A stretch of 64,000 bases of DNA from Felis catus. Its lineage: Eukaryota. Made by a program: the position numbers and the translations under genes. Under the pieces are notes generated by a model, which saw only the letters and a program-made list of their open reading frames with translations, searched no databases and had not been told where the DNA came from. Where the stretch lies: contig NC_058368.1 of the NCBI RefSeq assembly GCF_018350175.1, positions 168,270,001 through 168,334,000 on the forward strand, given 5' to 3'. Shown here piece by piece: positions 51,718 to 63,770 of this stretch. Each line of letters begins with the position of its first letter. The stretch's first letter is position 1.

Positions 51718-51871
51718 GGGGAGCCTGTCTGGCTCAGTCAGTAGAGCATGCAATCCTTAATCTCAAAGTTGTAAATTCAAGCCCCAAGTTGGGTGTAGAG
51801 AGACTGCTTAAAATAAAATAAAATAATAAAATAAAATAAAATAAAATAAAATAAAATAAAATAAAATAAAA
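51718..51871 (+). mobile_element. Short Can-SINE with (TAAAA)n tail
   Basis: Pentanucleotide-patterned tail; TSD ending ccattatt. Confidence 0.87.
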
Positions 51872-53456
51872 TATTGCCATTATTATATACCAAATGTCCA
51901 CAGTGGTTATGATTAAAAGGAAAATTCTAGAAAAATATATATTGCATGATTGTAGGTTTTAAAAATATGTGTGTGATTAGTGTATATAGATCTATCTTTA
52001 TAAGTTCCTAAATAATTTGGTGTTGATACACATGATAATGTAGGTAGAGGTACCTACTGGTAAATGAGATGAAGAAGCAGAAATTGGAAGTACCCAAGTA
52101 GAAATTTTATTTAGTACTCTATACTTAACACTTTTTACACTTTAAAATGCTGAAAGGCTTTTAGGTGATCTCTACTTTTCTTGTGGTAAAAGACTCAAGG
52201 TGGAAAGGAGGTAGAGAAGAAGTCATCTAAAACCTTATTTTTGATCCTTAATTTCACATCTGTGCAATGAGATTATAATTCTTTCCAAAAGACTTTTGAC
52301 TCTTTGTAAAACCAAATCCTCCTAAAATCAATGAATATCTACATTTAAGTACTCATAAGAGAGCACTTCTACATTTCAAAGCAATCTTAAAGAAGAATTT
52401 CGAGAAATCTTTTCAGGAATAACGGTATCATTGGAAAAGGATATGCAATCCATGAATGATATAGGCAATTTCCAATGCAACAGAGCAGCTGAAAATTCAT
52501 TTGTAAATTGTTACTAATCTTGTAGTGAGACAAAATTATGAAAGTAGGACCTTTTCCTCTTCTGTTTGAGAAAGCTGTAGAAATGTTACCAATGTTTTTA
52601 ATCAACAGAAGTTGCTTGGAATGTACAACACATAACATTTCCCCCATAGCAACGTTGTTAAGCACGTTGGTAAGACATGAATGCCACGTATGATGGAGCT
52701 ATAATGCTAACAGAAGGCTTCAGTAAATATCTATAGTATGAGAGAGTGAGTGAATGAATAAATCAATAGGAAGGACCAGCAGGTTCACTAGATTGTGAAC
52801 TCTAAGAGGAAGGAACTGGATTTCCTTATTCATGTTTATATCCCCAACATTCTGCCAATCAGTAAGTGTTGAATGAATAGAATATCCAAGAGCTATCCTC
52901 ACTTTACCTGGGTATGGAACTGGACTTTAATAGTAAGTTATGTTTGTCTTAGCCTGTTGCTAAAGGATACTTTTTCTTTAAAGATAATATCATGAATATG
53001 TTGTACAAAAATAAAATAGGCATGTGTTAAAAAATGTTTTAACTAAGTTATTGAGGAAACTAGAAAAGTATAAAAGGCAGTTCAAAAAGATTGGGAAGGC
53101 AAGATGCAAATAGAGGCATTCAGGAGTGCTAAAATGAATTTGTTAATACATGAAAAAAAAGATCAAAATTCACAGGGAAATAGTGAAGTAATTTACTATA
53201 ACTAACAGTGGTAAAGACTCAGACACAATGAAAGATACAAATAATGAGGAAGAGTGGGCTAGACAACACCTGGCATTTCATAGGACACTCAAAGATACTT
53301 TTTCTTTTGTCATTTCAAAGTCTTTCACAATCTTTCTGGACAGTCTCTTCTTCTGAGAATGATAATTTCAAAGATTACTCTTAATCACACAAAAAGATTG
53401 GTTTTATTAGGTTTGGCTTCATTGTTTACATAGTTGAAGCAAAGGCAGGAGTTAGC

Positions 53457-53838
53457 TGTTAAAAAAAAAAAAAAAACAACAGCAAACCCAAAATGGAATG
53501 CTAAACCCACATCACCGATGGGAGACTTATACCTAACCTAACTGCAATTTCAACTTCTCCTAGGAATGTTATCTTAAACCAGCATATCTGGAATTTCCTG
53601 GTCAACATCAATGAGGTAATCCACCATGTAGACCCCTGTCCCCCAAAGAAAGATGAGGTAATCCGCTATTTTCTTGTCCCTGCCTCTTTCCACCTGTAAA
53701 AGTCTTCCATTCTGTTCAGCTGTTCAGAGCTGCTTTCTGTTTGCTAGATGGGATGCTGCCTGATTCATGAATTGTTGAATAAAGCCAATTTGATCTTCAA
53801 ATGTACTCACTTGAAATTTTTTGTTTTTTTTTTTAACA
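53457..53838 (+). mobile_element. Solo LTR (probably ERV1 class) inserted in a MER58
   Basis: TGTTAA...TTAACA inverted ends, AATAAA at about 53778, 4-bp near-TSD tagc/cagc. Confidence 0.7.
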
Positions 53839-54109
53839 CAGCAAGCTACAACCTGTGGGCTGATTTCAGCCTAAAGCTTGTTTTTGTACCTCCTGGAGCT
53901 AAAGATAATTTTTACATTTTTAAAGGGTTGAATAGCATCAAAAGATACATAACTTTTTTGTGATACATGAAAATTATGTGAAAATCAAATTTTGGTCTTC
54001 ATAATTAACGATTTATTGGAATACAACTGTGCTCATTCATCTACATATTGTTTGTGGCTGCTTTCTCTAGATAATGGCAGAGCTGAAAAGTTGTCACAGG
54101 TCCACAAAA

Positions 54110-54516
54110 CAAGGCCAGAGCTAGGATGAAACAATTGAGGTGCCTTGGGCACGAAATTTAAGGGGGCACCAAGAACGAAGTAATGAAAAGAAGCACATGG
54201 ATGGCTTAGTCAGAAAGGCATGCAATCTTGATCTTGGAATCATGAGTTTGAGCCTCATGTTGGGTGTAGAGATTAATTAAAAAAAATAAATAAACCTAAA
54301 AAAAAAAAAACCTAGCAATGAACAATGAATGAATTATACTTTGATGCCATATTTTTAAAAATCAAAAGGAATGCAAAAAAAAAAAAACCACCCAAATGTC
54401 AAAATTTTAAACAAAGACAGGATGAGTATTACTGATTTTCCCATTTGCCTCAGGTTCCAATATGGCTTGGCAAAACACTGCTACGTCTCACTTGCCTCAC
54501 CCTGATCCTAGCCCTA
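54110..54516 (+). mobile_element. MER96B-like hAT element containing a short SINE
   Basis: Inverted termini caaggccagagctaggatga ... cctcaccctgatcctagcccta; aaatttaagggggcacc; aaagacaggat..gtattactgatttt. Confidence 0.7.
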
Positions 54517-54570
54517 TTGAAGGCTTAAATTATTTATTACTGACTACTGAGAAAAGTTTATAAACAAGTT

Positions 54571-54830
54571 ATTTTTTTTAATTTTTTTTTTAACGTTTAT
54601 TTATTTTTGAGACAGAGAGAGAGAGACAGAGCATGAACGGGGGAGGAGCAGAGAGAGAGGGAGACACAGAAATGGAAGCAGGCTCCAGGCTATGAGCCAT
54701 CAGCCCAGAGCCCGACGCGGGGCTCGAACTCACGGACCGCGAGATCGCGAGATCGCGAGATCGCGAGATCGCGAGATCGTGACCTGAGCTGAAGTCGGAC
54801 GCTTAACCGACTGAGCCACCCAGGCGCCCC
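54571..54830 (-). mobile_element. Young Can-SINE with internal (CGCGAGAT)5
   Basis: Reverse SINE, TSD tataaacaa, 8-mer array at 54738-54777. Confidence 0.93.
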
Positions 54831-55010
54831 TATAAACAACAGTTATTAACCGACTATATCACCTGCCTTGAGGCTGCTATTCCAACTTAAGCACTAAGCT
54901 TTAAGACCACAAAATAAACTTCTGATTGGGAGATTTCATAAGGAATCTTAGATTGGAATTTTAAAAGCTTCTATTATTGACTATCCTAAGGATAAGAAAT
55001 CAAGTATCAA

Positions 55011-55450
55011 GGGGCACCTGGGTGACTCAGTGGGTTTGGTGTCCGACTATGGATTTCAGCTCAGGTCACGATCACGGTTCATGGGTTCAAGCCCGGCATC
55101 AGGCTCTGCACCAACAGCACAGAGCCTGCTTGGGTTTCTCTCTCCCTCTCTCTCTGTCCCTATCCTGCTCATGGTCTCTCTCTCTCTCAAAAATAAAATA
55201 AACATTAAAAAAAAGAAATCATCGGGGCGCCTGGGTGGCGCAGTCGGTTAAGCGTCGGACTTCAGCCAGGTCACGATCTCGCGGTCCGTGAGTTCGAGCC
55301 CCGCTTCGGGCTCTGGGCTGATGGCTCGGAGCCTGGAGCCTGTTTCCATTTCTGTGTCTCCCTCTCTCTCTGCCCCTCGCCCGTTCATGCTCGGTCTCTC
55401 TCTGTCCCAAAAATAAATAAACGTTGAAAAAAAAAATTAAAAAAAAAAAA
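55011..55450 (+). mobile_element. Can-SINE plus a young feline SINE (55224-55450) at its tail
   Basis: Two heads; repeat aaaaaagaaatca flanks the second. Confidence 0.92.
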
Positions 55451-56199
55451 GAAATCAAATCTCAAAACCTCTCTCCACCAGATTTATTCTGTAGTGCTTA
55501 TGCATTCAGTGATTTCCTCATTTCTGAGGTCCCCAAAATAGGCTAAGGTTTCTGGCCTCCCAGTAAGTGAACTTATTCTTATCATTTGTCAACTTTTGTT
55601 TTCCATTAAAATGACCTATCCTTGCTCATTTAAAAAGTACCATTCCCAAATCATAAATTCCAGACAATTGGCCCTCAGACAAGCTTCAAAGCTACACAAA
55701 TGAACCTATGTGTAGATTACAGAGCCTCAATGGCTATGGTTCATTTATTACTGCACCCAATAATTTCAGAATGGAAGAAAGTAAAATTCTCTGTTGGGGT
55801 GCACTGCATAACTATTTCATGAATTGTATTCTGATTTCCCCCGAAACTAAAAATATTATATACAGCAAGGACACTAACAAACCTCTGGGGATGTCCCATA
55901 AAGCATGCAAGCTCTGAAAACATATAATAACATTTGTCTATACAAATCTATGCTAGAGAAGATGAACATCTCTTCTGATCTGACAACTCTTCCCATCCAC
56001 TTCTCACAATAGGAACATTTCAAACAAACCTAATTATTTGTAGCATCTCTCTTTTTATAAAATAAGAAAGCAAGTCTTTGTGATATTTTTCTTGGGATCC
56101 TTTGAAAATCTCAAAGATACAGGTGTAAAAGTTATCCTGAAATGTTTATTTACTTGTTTGTTTACTTATTTATCAAATTAGCGTTCTGCTTTGAGGAAG

Positions 56200-56396
56200 T
56201 CTATTTATTTTTAATGTTTATTTCTGAGAGAATAAGGGAGAGCCTGGGGGAGGGATAGTGAGAGGGAGACAGAGGATCCCAACTAGGCTCCACTCTGACA
56301 GCAAAGAGCCTGATGCAGAGCTTGAACTCACAAACCACGAGATCGTGATCTGAGCCCAAGTCTGACGCCAAACCAACTGAGCCACCCAGGCACCCC
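56200..56396 (-). mobile_element. Can-SINE
   Basis: Reverse head gccacccaggcacccc. Confidence 0.85.
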
Positions 56397-56566
56397 TGGG
56401 GAAGGCAATTTCAAAACAGTTGTCAGAGGATCTGTAGATACTTAAGGTAGGATCAAGGGTTACTGAAAAACAATACTTAGTTACTTATTTAATCAAAGTG
56501 ACAATAAAAGATTTTTAAGGTAAACCTAGAAGGTTAAAAGGATTGTAAAGAACTTTAGCTCTTTCA

Positions 56567-56777
56567 GGGGTGCCTTGGTGACTCAGGTAAGATTCTGACT
56601 CTTCGTTTCTGCTCAAGATCTCACCATTCGTGGGTAGGAGCTCCACATTGAGCTCTGAGTTAACAACCACAGTAGAGGCTGCTTGGGATTCTCTTTCTCC
56701 CTCCCTCTTTGCCCCTCCCTCCATGTGTGGGTATGCATGCGCTCTCTCCCAAAATAAATTAAAAAAAAAAAAAAAAA
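56567..56777 (+). mobile_element. Can-SINE
   Basis: TSD aagaactttag(c/t)tctttca. Confidence 0.88.
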
Positions 56778-57134
56778 GAACTTTAGTTCTTTCAAAAGTG
56801 GAAAGACTGTTCTTTTTTCTTTTCTTAATCACAAACACAAAATCAACTTAAAGCACAAATAAAATTATTCTGATAAGCCACAGAATCTTTCCTATGTAGT
56901 CAGATAACATAAAAGATAAAGAGTGAGCTTTCATCTTATAAATGATAGTTATTAATCAGTCAACCAAGGAAGTAAGCTATTAAAACTGAGTTATCTTTGC
57001 TAAAATTTAACATATTTTATAGCCTCTTTCAGACTGATCTATTATAAAACCAAAGAAAATAAAATTCCCTTTATGAGTCTTCTCTATTATTTTATTTTAT
57101 ATTCTAGAATAAATTGACCCTTTTCTTAAGGATT

Positions 57135-57495
57135 ATCTTAGTTCATTTGGGCCGTTGTAACAAAGTACCATGGCCTGAGCAGCTTAAATAACAAACATGT
57201 ATTTGTCACAACTCTGGAGGCTAGGAAGTCCAAGATAAAGGCACTGGCAGATTTAGTGTCTGGTGACAACCCTCTTCTTGGTTCATAGACAGCTAACTGT
57301 AGTGTCATTACATGGCTGGAAGGGGGTAAGAGAGCTTTCTGGGGTCCATTTTATGAGACCACTAAACCCATTCATGAAAGCTTCACCTTTATGACCCAAT
57401 CACTTCCAAAAAGCCTCACCTCCTAATACCATCACATTGGGGATTAGGTTTCAACTTACAAACTTTGGGAGGACACAAACATTAAGTCCGTGGCT
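57135..57495 (-). mobile_element. MLT1A-like MaLR solo LTR
   Basis: tcttagttcatttgggc..taacaaagtacca..ctggaggctaggaagtccaagat..cctaataccatcacattggggattaggtttcaac..ggaggacacaaacatt. Confidence 0.85.
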
Positions 57496-57499
57496 AGGG

Positions 57500-58170
57500 C
57501 AGAGTATGGTCTCAGGACCTGTAGGGTCCCTAAAACTGTTTTTTTTTTAAGTTTATTTATTTTGAGAGAGAGAAATAGAGAAAGAGGGAACAAGCTGGGG
57601 GAGGGGCAGAAAAAGAGGGAAAGAGAATCCCAAGCAGGCTCTGAGCTGCCAGCGCAGAACCCAATGCAGGGCTCAAACCGACAACCCATGAGACCATGAT
57701 GTGAGCCAAAATCAAGAGTCAAATGACTAACTGACTGAGGCACCCAGGCACCCTGGTTCCTAAAACTCTTTTAGAGGATGCACCAAGTCAAGACTATTTT
57801 CATAATAATATTAAGCTATTATTTGCCCCTTTCATTCTTATTCTCTCACAAGTGTACAGTACAGAGTGTGATATCACAGCAGATTAAATGCAGTAGCAGG
57901 TATGAGAATCCAGCTATTTTCTAGTAAGTCAGACAGTTAAGAGGTTCCCAATAATGTAAAACAATGCCATTCCTCTTGAATTTTTTGGTTTGGGAAAACA
58001 GTTATCTTTTATTAAAATGTTATTTAATTTAACATGCAATAGGTTCATATGATATTGCTGTTTTCCAAAGATTCAAAATATAAATATTTTTTACACTTCT
58101 CACATAAACAAAAGCTCTGGAGTCCTCAATACTTCTTAAGTGTAAAGGAATATTGAGATTTTTTAAAAAT
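57500..58170 (+). mobile_element. Charlie1-type hAT deletion product, interrupted by a minus-strand SINE (57538-57753)
   Basis: gtcaagactattttcataataata..ttatttgcc; tatgagaatccagct; cacataaacaaaagctct; SINE TSD gt(c/t)cctaaaact. Confidence 0.72.
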
Positions 58171-58177
58171 TGCCTTG

Positions 58178-58391
58178 TTTTAAAAAGATTTTATTTATTT
58201 ATATTTATTTTGGGGAGAGACAAAGAGAGTGACTGAAGCAGGAGCAGAGGGAGAGGAGAGAGAAGATCTTAAGCAGGCTGCACTCCCAGCGGGGAGCCTA
58301 ACACAGGGCTTGATCCCTCAACTATAAGATCATGACCTGAACCAAAATCAAAAGTCAGACGCTTAAATGACTGAGCCACCTAGATGTCCCC
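58178..58391 (-). mobile_element. Can-SINE (older subfamily)
   Basis: aaagattttatttattt tail and reverse head. Confidence 0.85.
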
Positions 58392-58516
58392 AAAATTACC
58401 TTTCTTAAGGGAAAAAACCCTACTCTTTTTCTTTGAAAAACAAAAACACATAATTTTATTTCTCTGTCATTCTTGCCCCTGTTATGGTCTCAACCACTCC
58501 TAGTAATTATAACTTT

Positions 58517-58742
58517 AGGGGTGCTTGGGTGGCTCAGTCAGTTAAGTGCCTGACTTTGGCTCAGGTCGTGATCTCATAGCTTGTGAGTTCAAGCCCCGCA
58601 TCAGGCTCTGTGCTGACAGCTCAGAGCCTGGAGCCTGCTTTGGATTCTGTGTCTCCCGCTCTCTCTCTCTGCCCCTCTCCTGCTCACACCCTGTCTCTGT
58701 CTCCCTCAAAAAATAAACATTAAAAAAATTTAATAAAAAAAA
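58517..58742 (+). mobile_element. Can-SINE
   Basis: TSD aatt(a/g)taactt. Confidence 0.9.
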
Positions 58743-58795
58743 TTGTAACTTAAAAAAAAGAAATTAGCTTTTATTTCAAAGAGAAAAATGATGGT

Positions 58796-59461
58796 ATGGG
58801 GTGAAGCGATTAAAATTACTTTAAGTTTCAAACATGTGACCAATCAGCAGCCACAGAAGGAAACATTTAAACTGAAGCAGAAACAGTAAAACCTTGGATT
58901 GCGAATAACTTGTTCCATTGAGTGTTCTACAAGATGAGCAAACTTTTCTAATAGATTTTGACTTGATAAATGAATGATGTCTTGCAATACAAGTAGTACA
59001 TGAACATCACATGATTACAACTGAGCCAAAGGTTCTTGAAATTCGCTTTGATATACAAGTGCTGTGGATTACAAGCATGTTTCTGTAATGAATTATGCTC
59101 ACAAACCAAGGTTTTACTGTTCTCCCCTAAATATAGCTGCCATTGACCTCTCTGAGAGATTTTCTCATTTGGAAGAAGATTGGTCCTTACCACTGGGAAG
59201 TGCAAAATTATCTGTTCATTAGCATAATAAAGACCAATAGAACCTTCCATGGTTTCCAGTTGAAGCCCTAAACCTATCTCTTTGTGAAGCTGGTATATAA
59301 ACAGTTACCTCTGGCTATTCAGTGAGTTATTCATTACTGGTGACTTCTGTGAGAGTATGTAAATAAACTTTGTCTTTTCTCCTGTTTGTCTATTTTTAGT
59401 TAATTTGCATGTCCCTATGAAATGAGCATTAGTGAGTACAGGAAAAGTTTCTCTCCCAACA
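58796..59461 (+). mobile_element. Solo LTR, MER34/MER39-like (ERV1)
   Basis: TATATAA at about 59295, aataaactttgtcttttctcctgtt, end ...gaaaagtttctctcccaaca. Confidence 0.6.
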
Positions 59462-59857
59462 GGGATCAATTGTTTAACTGTCAGTCATACACCATCATTT
59501 GAGCAACTAGCATGTGAACACATATAACACAACTTCTACAACAACATACATCTATTTTATACCTTGTTAAGATGCAAAAAGGAACACTTCATTAACATGA
59601 ATGAAAGATATAGCCTCTTTGTAGCATATGACCTAGGATGAGAAGTAGATTAAGTTCAAATTTTGCTTCATAATCAATGATTCAGTATTCTGGTTTATCT
59701 AGAAATTGTCCTGGTGTTGAATGATGCTTATCTATTAATTAACTCAATTTAGGGGCACCTGGGTGGCTCAGTTGTTTAAAATCACGTGTTAATCACGTCT
59801 ACAAAATACCTCCCAGTGGGGCGCTTGGGTGGCTCAGTCATTAAGCATCTGACTCTT

Positions 59858-60662
59858 TTTTTTTTATATGAAATTTATTGACAAATTAGTTTCCATACAA
59901 CACCCAGTGCTCATCCCAAAAGGTGCCCTCCTCAATACCCATCACCCACCCTCTCCTCCCTCCCACCCCCCATCAACCCTCAGTTTGTTCTCAGTTTTTA
60001 AGAGTCTCTTATGCTTTGGCTCTCTCCCACTCTAACCTGTTTTTTTTTTTTTTCCTTCCCCTCCCCCATGGGTTCCTGCTAATTTCTCAGGGTCCACATA
60101 AGAGTGAAACCATATGGTATCTGTCTTTCTCTGTATGGCTTATTTCACTTAGCCTCACACTCTCCAGTTCCATCCACGTTGCTACAAAAGGCCATATTTC
60201 ATTTTTTCTCATTGCCACGTAATATTCCATTGTGTATATAAACCACAATTTCTTTATCCATTCATCAGTTGATGGACATTTAGGCTCTTTCCATAATTTG
60301 GCTATTGTTGAGAGTGCTGCTATGAACATTGGGGTACAAGTGGCCCTATGCATCAGTACTCCTGTATCCCTTGGATAAATTCCTAGCAGTGCTATTGCTG
60401 GGTCATAGGGTAGGTCTATTTTTAATTTTCTGAGGAACCTCCACACTGCTTTCCAGAGCGGCTGTACCAATTTGCATTCCCACCAACAGTGCAAGAGGGT
60501 TCCCGTGTCTCCACATCCTCTCCAGCATCTAGAGTCTCCTGATTTGTTCATTTTGGCCACTCTGACTGGCGTGAGGTGATACCTGAGTGTGGTTTTGATT
60601 TGTATTTCCCTGATAAGGAGCGACGCTGAACATCTTTTCATGTGCCTGTTGGCCATCCGGAA
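59858..60662 (-). mobile_element. Young 5'-truncated feline L1 inserted into a Can-SINE (host 59818-60885)
   Basis: Uninterrupted ORF2 C-terminus of about 190 codons with CCHC motif CWRGC...HCWWEC; G-rich 3' UTR; poly-A; perfect 15-bp TSD aagcatctgactctt (59843-59857, 60663-60677). Confidence 0.95.
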
Positions 60663-60805
60663 AAGCATCTGACTCTTAATATCGGCTCAGGTCATGCATG
60701 ATCTCAGGTTCATGAGTTCAAGCTCCACATAGGGCTCTGCGCTAGAAGCATGGAGCCTGTTTGGATTTTATCTCTCCCTCTTTCTCTGATCCTCCCCCAC
60801 TCATG

Positions 60806-60846
<41 letters not shown>

Positions 60847-60993
60847 CCTCCCTCCCTCTCTCAAAATAAATAAATAAACTTTAATAAGAGTCCAAGGTTT
60901 TAAGTTACCTTAAGATCTTGGAAATTATCTTGAAGGTGACATACTGGAATACAAAATTACTGTTGAAATTAAAAGTTTGTCAGAATAAGGACT

Positions 60994-61216
60994 GGGGCGC
61001 CTGGTGGCGCAGTCGGTTAAGCGTCCGACTTCAGCCAGGTCACGATCTAGCGTTCTGGGAGTTCGAGCCCCGCGTCAGGCTCTGGGTGGATGGCTCAGAG
61101 CCTGCAGCCTGCTTCCGATTCTGTGTCTCCCTCTCTCTCTGCCCCTCCCCCGTTCATGCTCTGTCTCTCTCTGTCCCAAAAATAAATAAACGTTGAAAAA
61201 AAAAATTTAAAAAAAA
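60994..61216 (+). mobile_element. Young feline SINE
   Basis: TSD agaataaggact. Confidence 0.93.
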
Positions 61217-61359
61217 GAATAAGGACTTAACTTAGTTAAACAATATTTACATTTAAAAAATTCTAATCATGTAGAAGTGATGTCAGCTTATTTGATTAAT
61301 GAAACTGTAGCTTAGGAAAAAAGCAAATCCAAGTAAAATAAAATGTACATAAAGGGCAT

Positions 61360-61700
61360 AAAAATGTGGCATAAAAATTACTTTGAGCAGAAGGCATTTG
61401 AGTTTCTGAATTCCTTATCTGCCTAAAAGCAGAATCTCTCTGAAGCTTAAGGGAACCCAATTGTCATAAATTCCATCCCTGAAAGCAAACAGGTAAGACT
61501 GACTCTTATCACCAAAGATGAGGAACCTCTACATTACCATTTAACAGAGAAGTTTTTCTCCTGTCTATTGCTGATTTATCTTTCCAAAAACCATTCATTT
61601 TTCCCATAAGTGCCCTGATCTGTCTGTATACGCCAATGAGGGGAAAAGTCAGCAAAGTTAGTTTTGTGGTTGTTTGGTATTCACCTATGGGAGCCACAGC
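61360..61700 (+). mobile_element. MER34-like LTR fragment
   Basis: tggcataaaaattactttgagcagaaggcatttgag resembles the recalled MER34 5' block; right end uncertain. Confidence 0.45.
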
Positions 61701-62089
61701 ATTTTGCTGGGGCTGCTTTTGAGATACGCTTCTCCAGGGTGTGTGTTCCCTGGCTCTGCCAGGTAAAGCCATTGGGCATCTTGGATGATGAGCTCTTAAA
61801 CTTTTGAACTTTAAAATTTTGTACAAGGAAAATCACAGTTGTCAATCAAATGTAACATGAACACGTGTCAAAGATTTTCTACAACCCATTAATCAATGAG
61901 AGAATCAGGACGGTGTTAAAAAAAGTCAAAGGAGAAATCAGAGAGCAGCCAAATGTATAGACAATCAGATACACTGAAATGAATTTGGTAAGAGATCAAG
62001 ACTGGGTAACATTCACAGGGCAATAATCAATCACATTACCAGTAGCAAAACTTCACTTGTGTTTCTATCAAGAAGAATTATTTGTTTTT

Positions 62090-62602
62090 TCGAAGAGGAA
62101 AGAAGTTTCCTTCTACAAGTTTAGGTGCCTGACTGGGTCTGAAAATTAAACTGACAAAGACAGATTAGCAGGAAAAAATCGTGAGTTAATTTACTATTAG
62201 ATTTACATGACAAGGGAGGCTTCTTAAGGAAATGAAGACCTACAGAAGTGGTTAAGCCTGAGTGTTTGTATGCTAGATCTGATGAAAAGTGAACAGTCAT
62301 GGAGAAATAAGATAGGACAGAGAGTAACACATGGTAGGTGTCATATATGGGAAACCAAGCAAGGCCTGCTTGTTTAGATTCCTCTTGGTGTCCCTCTGTC
62401 TTGGAGAGAAGGATAATTCCTTTCTTCTGTGTATAGGGAGGGCACTTCTCAAAAGAGGGTCTTATGACCTACTTCGGTGAGAGAGGCCATGGAAGGGAAA
62501 GTCAAAGATACATTTCTGCTTCCACTGTTTCCTCAAACTGAGCTTAAAATTTTCAATATGCAAGTTGCCATGTTTAGGGTTAGTGTGTTCTGAACCCCAT
62601 CA
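62090..62602 (-). mobile_element. Solo LTR, MER39/MER34-like (ERV1)
   Basis: Reverse complement starts tgatggggttcagaacacactaaccctaaacatggca..tattgaaaattttaagct; the other end has aatctgtctttgtcagtttaatttt. Confidence 0.65.
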
Positions 62603-63542
62603 TATTATTATCTGCTTACTACAACTAACAGAGCAATAAGATAGCTCTGAGACAACAAAAGATGTAGATAACAAGGAAGATTAGGCTAGAAAACACCCAG
62701 CATTGCATATAACCCCCAGTAATCTCTTACGCCTCTTTTTCGAAGTCTTCTGTACTCTTTCCTGACAGATTTTCTCCCACCTCTCAGCATGCCTCTTCCC
62801 CAGTATCCTCATAGAGTCAGCTCAGTGAGATCTACCCTTTCCTTTCTCCATCCTTCTCCTCCCTTAACATCAGTCCCATTCCCCTTTGGCTCCATCTACT
62901 TTGTCTCTGTTAACTTTTGGAAAAACCACTAGAAACGAAATACTTTACAAGAAGCTCTTAACCCTATCTATACACCTTGCCTGCCCCAAAGTGCGGATAT
63001 GTTAAAAGAAACAATAGTAATGATGCTTGTCCTCCGTGAAATCTCTAATTCAAACTCTTTTTTAATGGGTAGCAAAATCAAGTGAAAATTCTTCAGATGG
63101 TTTATAGGGAACAAGTTTTTGATGTGGGGCAAACACATAGGCAGTCCAAACCGGACTGTTCTCGACCTTCAGAATTTCTGGCTTCACAGACAAGTTCACA
63201 GCAAAGGTTACATGATCTCTAGTGGTCAGGGAAGTAAAGGCGAGGTCAGCAGCAGCCCAGGTATATTGGTGGGTCTTAGGTAAAAGGCATGTTTAGAAAC
63301 CTGGAATTGTGTGTTCTTTGAAGGGGGCAGTGATCACTAGGTAAATGACTAAGTCATGGTGCAAGTCATCTTGACAAAATGCTACGGTGGTATGTTTCCC
63401 ATTCTGTAGAAGGTAGGGCAATTGTCATGACGTTTTTTATCTACTTAAAACAAAAGTAGATACTTTAAGGTGGTGATTTAGATTAATTTTGTAATATTTT
63501 TTATTTTTAGTTTAAAAAAAGGGTTAAAATAATTAAAACTTC

Positions 63543-63770
63543 GGACACCTGAGTGGCTCAGTCAGTTAAGCTTCTGACTTCGGCTCAGGTCACAGTCTCA
63601 AGGTTCATGGGTTTGAGCCCCATGTTGGGCTGTGTGCTGAATGCTTGCTCAGAGCCTGGAGCCTGCTTCAGATTCTATGTCTCCTTCTCTCTCTGCTCCT
63701 CCCCTTCTCGTGTTCTGTCTCACTCTCTGTCTCTCAAAAACAAATAAACATCTAAAAAATCTTTAAAATA
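63543..63770 (+). mobile_element. Can-SINE
   Basis: Head, CT tract, tail; TSD taaaataattaaaa. Confidence 0.9.

Larger units (their letters stand above)
53446..54560 (+). mobile_element. MER58B-like hAT-Charlie element (host, fragmented)
   Basis: caggagttagc|aagctacaacctgtgggc head split by the LTR; ttttacatttttaaa and ttttattggaa..ctcattcat..acatattgt..tggctgcttt blocks. Confidence 0.7.

Noticed and set aside
52387..52665. 92-aa ORF or possible coding exon
   Set aside because: No recognisable homology or convincing splice-site pair.
60087..60668. 193-aa ORF as a host zinc-finger gene
   Set aside because: L1 ORF2 C-terminus in a 5'-truncated insertion lacking promoter, endonuclease and RT.
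1101..63747. Many similar short ORFs (e.g. SAQVMISRF..., FEPRVRLCADSSEPGACF) resembling a peptide family or repeat array
   Set aside because: All are translations of dispersed Can-SINE copies; irregularly spaced, with no CRISPR-like or gene-family structure.
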